DNA of 64,000 bases. Source: Psammoneis japonica (Eukaryota). The notes below the pieces were generated by a model. That model was given only the letters and a program-made list of their open reading frames with translations, searched no databases and had not been told where the DNA came from. A program made the translations under genes and the position numbers. Location of the stretch: positions 124,001-188,000 of the forward strand of contig QPGO01000024.1 of the NCBI GenBank assembly GCA_008632985.1, read 5' to 3'. Shown here piece by piece: positions 59,660 through 64,000 of this stretch; the stretch's first letter is position 1, and each line of letters begins with the position of its first letter.

Positions 59660-61951
59660 TTTTAAGAGCAAAACAGGCAAGGTGAAAATGACTTGCAGCA
59701 TTGGAGCACAGGGATCAGAGGTGGTTTTTGCAGGACAGACATGCAAAGTTGCAGTGGAAAGACACACTGATGATTTTGGACAACATGGTGGCCAAGTTTG
59801 CACCCACAACTTGGGCTGAGTGTTGCGGGTCTTGTGTTCACTTTTAACTTCTGCACTGGGTTGACATGGCATTGGTGGTTGACAGTGTCAGCAATGTGTT
59901 TGCAAGCCATTGGGCTGAGCTGGGAGTCAGCGAGACCAAGTGCTGTTTGCTGGCCAGCGACCCACCAAACTCCAACACAGAAGCCAAAAAGGCACGGCAT
60001 GACACTCAAAGGAGTGTCATCATCAGAAGGCTGGGAAGTTGAGAGGAATCTAAAGAAAAAGACTGAGAAGTTGACAAGAATCCAAAGTTGTGCTTCATGT
60101 TGGTGGGTCACACCAGCAAACAAACTGGCTGGATGAGGGCAAAGAAATGATCTCTGGAGGGCCTTGCCACCAACAAAGCTGTCAAGGGTCTGCTGAAAGA
60201 GGGTGTGGCAAGGTTGTGTCAGGGTCAGCAAGACAGGGTGTTCACCTGTCAGCAAGCCATGAAAGTCCAACACAAGCCCCAGAAAAGATGGGCAAGGACA
60301 CAGCCAAGTGTTGAAGCATGAAAGATTGAAGGAGTGGGTGTGTGACACCATTGCCAAGTTGGGATGACAGGCAGATGGTTGCACAGAAACCACAGGAAGA
60401 TGGACAAGCATGTGTCAGAAGAATGCTCAGCTGGAGATGTGGGCAGTGGTGTCTCTGGGGCAAGAGAGCACCACCCCAAAAGAGCTGGAGCATCTGTGGG
60501 GAGTCACCCTGTGGGAGAAGGACTGGGGCAAGGAATGTGGTCACCATGCAAAACAGGGTGCAATCTGCAAGACACATGAGGCAAAGGCGTTTGACATCAT
60601 TTGAGGGGCAATGTGCAAAGGTCATTCACCACAAAGTTGAAGGAGCAACAGAGTTTGCAAGAAGAGTTGCTCCTGGAAAGGAGTGGGACATGGCAGCACT
60701 GCTGGATGTTCTTAAGTCAATCTTGTTCCACACAAATGAGAAGACAAACCCACACATTGAGGTGGTCAAGGCTTGGAAGCAGTTGGTGCTCATTTGTTGA
60801 GATGAAGGAGAGGTGCTTCAAGATCAATGTGACTGGCCCATGAGTGTGGTTGAAGTGGTGAAAACATCTTGTGGCAGGATTGCCATCATGGAAAAAATCA
60901 CCAAGAAAGAAGGTGGGTTCAGCAAAGATGCCAATCACAGCCAGAACAAAAAAAGGGACAAGTTGTTGGCAGTGACACCAATGGAAGGTGCCAAGGAACA
61001 TTGGCACATCCTGAAAGACCCACATTGGCAGTTCACACTGGGGGGCGACATTTGCCCCAATTCAGCTGAGGAGGAACTGCAGATGTTGGACACCTGTGGG
61101 GCCAATGAGAAACCTGATGGCGCAAGTTTTGCACAGAGCAAGAAGAAGCATGTCAGATGCTGGAAATGCAATGAGGTTGGGGGGCATGTGAGAAAAGACT
61201 GTCCTGATGACAGCCATCATCCATCAGTGAAGTCAAGTGGTTTGGGCCACTGGAGTCAATGATGGAACAGTTGACATGGTGTTGGGTGACATGGATTCCA
61301 AGTGATGCTCTCCCATGCTTGATGCACACAAGGCCAATGTCATCAGTTGACTGCTTGTGCAAAGGAGTGTGTTGGATCATTGGGGCCAGAGGCAGTTTTT
61401 GCACAGGACAGATGACAGACAAAGTTGCAGTGGAAAGACACACTGATGATTGTGGTCAATGTGGCAAGCTTGCACTCATGACTTGGATTGAGTTGCAGGT
61501 CTTGTGCTCACATTTTAGCTTCTGCACCTGGTTGACATGGCATTGCTGGCAGTGGTTGACAGCGCTGGCTGCAGTGTTTTTGTGAGCTGCACAGTGAGTC
61601 AGGAGACAGCAGTGTGATCAAATGCATGCCAGTTGGTGAGCTGTGAAACTCCAACATGTAGACAGATCTCCTGCAAAGTGTCTTGGAGAGCTGGCACTTT
61701 TTGAAAAGTTGCTCAAACGCAATGACCCGTGCGTGCCTGTCGCTGGGCACGAACAAGTGCTTTCTTGTGGCTGCCTTTGTGAAAACCACCGACAGAACCA
61801 ACTCTGAAAATTGAGACAACTTGACAAAGAAAAGAAATTCTGTGCACATGACACCAGCCTTTCTGGCACAACAGCCACTTGCAGTGCACACAGGTGCAGC
61901 CCTTGAGGAAGCCGGTGTGTGAAAGCAAGTTTTTGTGGTGTCGCGCTGGCT
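59660..61951 (+). mobile_element. Repeat family A, copy 3 (uninterrupted; carries the empty Gypsy site)
   Basis: GGTTGTGT-CAGG-GTCAGC at about 60212-60229 has a single CAGG. CWKCNEVGGHVRKDC at about 61158-61202. Confidence 0.85.
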
Positions 61952-62484
61952 CCTCCTGTGCAACATCCGCAGTGGCACCAACTCATTTCCCCCCAAACAT
62001 TTGAAAACAGCAACATTGTGGTTGCTCATGTGTGCAAGGAAGCGATTTGGTGTGGAGATTTGCGCAAGTGAGTGCTGGCTGCCTCGCCAAATGCACGTGC
62101 AGCAGCACAGCTGGAGAGTCAGCTGTGTTGTGCTCCTCTCGAGAAGGATCACATTCAAGAAAATCACATCAAAGGACTGGGACTCAGTTCTGCTGGTCAG
62201 ACAATTTGCACAATGCCAACACTCTCTTGTCATGCCGAAAGACACCGTGCTGGCATTTGAGTCAGCAGTCTCAACTCTCTCCAGGTGCTGCAAGCGAGCT
62301 CGCGTGAAGCGTGAAGAACGACGGGCACGCTCAGCGCTCAGCGCTCAGCTCTACTCTGGGGGCCCTAGAGCTAGCCACCAGAGATAAGCACCAAATCAAA
62401 ATTCTACTGCCACTTTCCACTTTGGACTTCCGATTTCCGATTCACGACGGACGACGGAAAAATTGAACTTTCGCGCGCAGCGCG

Positions 62485-62548
62485 AACTTTCGGCGAAAGT
62501 TGCCCCCTTTTGGAGCGCGAAGCGCTCCAACTTTCGGCTGAAAGTTGG
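62485..62548. other. Cluster of three short hairpins
   Basis: AACTTTCG-G-CGAAAGTT (62485-62501), TTGGAGCGC-GAA-GCGCTCCAA (62510-62530), CCAACTTTC-GGCT-GAAAGTTGG (62527-62548). Confidence 0.8.
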
Positions 62549-62827
62549 GAAACGGAGGGGGCGCGCGGAGGAAAAAAAGTTCGTCCGTTGAATCTTGGCT
62601 GTGAATCGTGAGAGTGCGTTAAGTCGTGCGTCAAGTCGTGCGTTGAGTCGTCTTGAAATTTGAAAAAAAATCAAAAATCAATCGAAACACGAAAGCTCAC
62701 GCGATGAGCGATGGAAACATGTTACCGTCGCACGCGAATCCTCATACGGAAGGCCTTTTCTCCTACTGTACTGTGGAGGATACTGTAGAGAAGTTTCCTG
62801 AATACCCAAAGTGCAGTGGATGGCAGA

Positions 62828-63454
62828 ATGGTTAAGAAGCGAAGTTTTGAGGGAGGAACTGCCGACGACGCAATAGTTGTAGACAGCGCAAGCGACGACG
62901 AAGGTGGAAAAGACTTTGAGAGTGTGGCTATTGCTCCAAACCTACCGGCATCATCAAGATTTGGCAGTGCTGGCAAAGGTGAACCATCAAGGAAGAAGAA
63001 ACGAGGGCGTCCTCGAAAGATCCGATCGCCCAAATTCTCCATCTCGGACACGCCCATATTTTCATACACCGGATCTTCCATTGAATTTGACGTTGTCGGA
63101 AAGCCAATGCCAAAGTCAAGACCAAAGCATGGGTGGAATGGAAATGTTTACAATCCAAACCAAGCTGATGAGAAAGAGTTTGCAAGTGTAGCATCAGATC
63201 TCTGCCGATCAAGACTAGATTCAGTACCAAAGTTCCGTGACGGTGTGTTGTTGAAGGCTCGGATTGAATTTACTTTTCCTGGGAAGAGTCTCAAGGATAC
63301 AGGAGACATTGACAATCTCTGTAAGTTTGTTTTGGACAGCTTAAACACAGCATTGTATCAAGATGATTGGCAAGTGTCACACTTATCGGCGAAAAAGGTA
63401 CTTGCTTCGTCCGAATCTGCCGGACGTACAGCAGTCGAATTGAAGCAAATTTGA
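62828..63454 (+). CDS. RusA-family Holliday-junction resolvase-like protein with N-terminal AT-hook/NLS
   Basis: FDVVGKPMPKSRP..YNP; GDIDNLCKFVLDSLN..YQDDWQV..AKK (RusA DxDN-x2-K..D..DDxQ); KKKRGRPRK upstream. Intronless. Confidence 0.85.
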   Translation: MVKKRSFEGGTADDAIVVDSASDDEGGKDFESVAIAPNLPASSRFGSAGKGEPSRKKKRGRPRKIRSPKFSISDTPIFSYTGSSIEFDVVGKPMPKSRPKHGWNGNVYNPNQADEKEFASVASDLCRSRLDSVPKFRDGVLLKARIEFTFPGKSLKDTGDIDNLCKFVLDSLNTALYQDDWQVSHLSAKKVLASSESAGRTAVELKQI

Positions 63455-63560
63455 AACAAATAATTCCACACGATTATAACAAGCACTGTATCACCTACTC
63501 ACTTGACGTGTGCCTAGAGTAGTCATGTTTTATTTTAGCCCACTTGTGTCGTGAGACAAG

Positions 63561-63620
63561 CACTTGCTTCGTCTGAATCGGCTGGACGCACGGTCGTCTC
63601 TCTGAACCAAATTTGAAATA
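63561..63620 (+). repeat. Diverged duplicate of the RusA-like 3' end
   Basis: ACTTGCTTCGTCTGAATCGGCTGGACG..AAATTTGAAA resembles 63400-63456. Confidence 0.7.
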
Positions 63621-64000
63621 GATAGTATATTATTTCACTTGGCATGTGCTATACCTTACTTTGGTGCACTTCTTTGACTGGCAAGTTGTGGAGCCGTCGG
63701 CATGAAAAGTATACATTTTTCGTCTGAATAGATCGGACGCATGACAATCTGGCGGACGCAAAATCTGGAGTCGTTGCACCGCACCAAATTTGAAATGCAC
63801 AGTTCTACAAGCTTCTGTTGGCACAGTAACACACAATTACTTTACACACATTTTACTTTCACCCAATTCTTTGCATGTGGGTTCACGGGTTTTTTCGGAC
63901 TAGTTCCAGAAGCTTTGGATACAACCTTTTTCACAAACCCTACCAAGACGCTCGTTCGCTGCTCGCCGATGGTTGATATGTTCTGATTCTTCTTGTACGC

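Larger units (their letters stand above)
49000..62290. other. Hypermutated repeat block 3
   Basis: TpA nearly absent throughout. CpG retained at 49-52.3 and 56.2-59 kb but lost at 52.4-56 and 59.7-62 kb. Confidence 0.88.

Noticed and set aside
10300..62290. Hundreds of 60-350 aa Cys/His-rich ORFs in the repeat blocks (e.g. 26499-27545, 13369-14229, 61508-62293)
   Set aside because: A by-product of TpA loss: TAA/TAG stops and Tyr codons are erased and TG/CA codons inflated in all six frames. Not evidence of genes or metal-binding proteins.
63841..64000. 3' end of a minus-strand ORF running off the window
   Set aside because: Only about 52 codons visible and no motif; cannot be called.

Overview
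Eukaryotic nuclear DNA, probably from a diatom or related stramenopile. This is inferred from the short 85-120 bp GT-AG introns, compact gene spacing and retrotransposons resembling diatom Copia/Gypsy families. The window alternates between two compartments. Normal-composition islands lie at 1-10.2 kb (OB-fold protein, Rab-like GTPase, sulfotransferase, C9orf78/TLS1-like, a small membrane protein, NOG1), 30-39.6 kb (palindromic array, thioesterase, frameshifted NBAS/Sec39-like gene), 46.1-48.8 kb (MITE, HEPN-like ORF) and 62.3-64 kb (AT-hook/RusA-like nuclease). Three repeat blocks (about 10.3-30.0, 39.6-46.1 and 49-62.3 kb) hold nested Gypsy, Copia, non-LTR, PIF1/Helitron-like, DDE-transposase-like and captured-gene remnants. 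The main signal is that these blocks have lost nearly all TpA, converted to TpG or CpA (A:T>G:C transitions on both strands), in addition to CpG>TpG/CpA decay. Conserved Tyr in catalytic motifs is systematically His or Cys (YLDD>HLDD, YVDD>HVDD, KALYG>KALCG, YMAPE>CMAP), with L>P, V>A and I>T/M changes. TTAA and CTAG sites tend to survive, and in less decayed elements TpA is gone while CpG is still abundant. This looks like a repeat-targeted A-to-G hypermutation, opposite in direction to fungal RIP, and I do not know of a described equivalent. All compositional statements are by eye, not computed.
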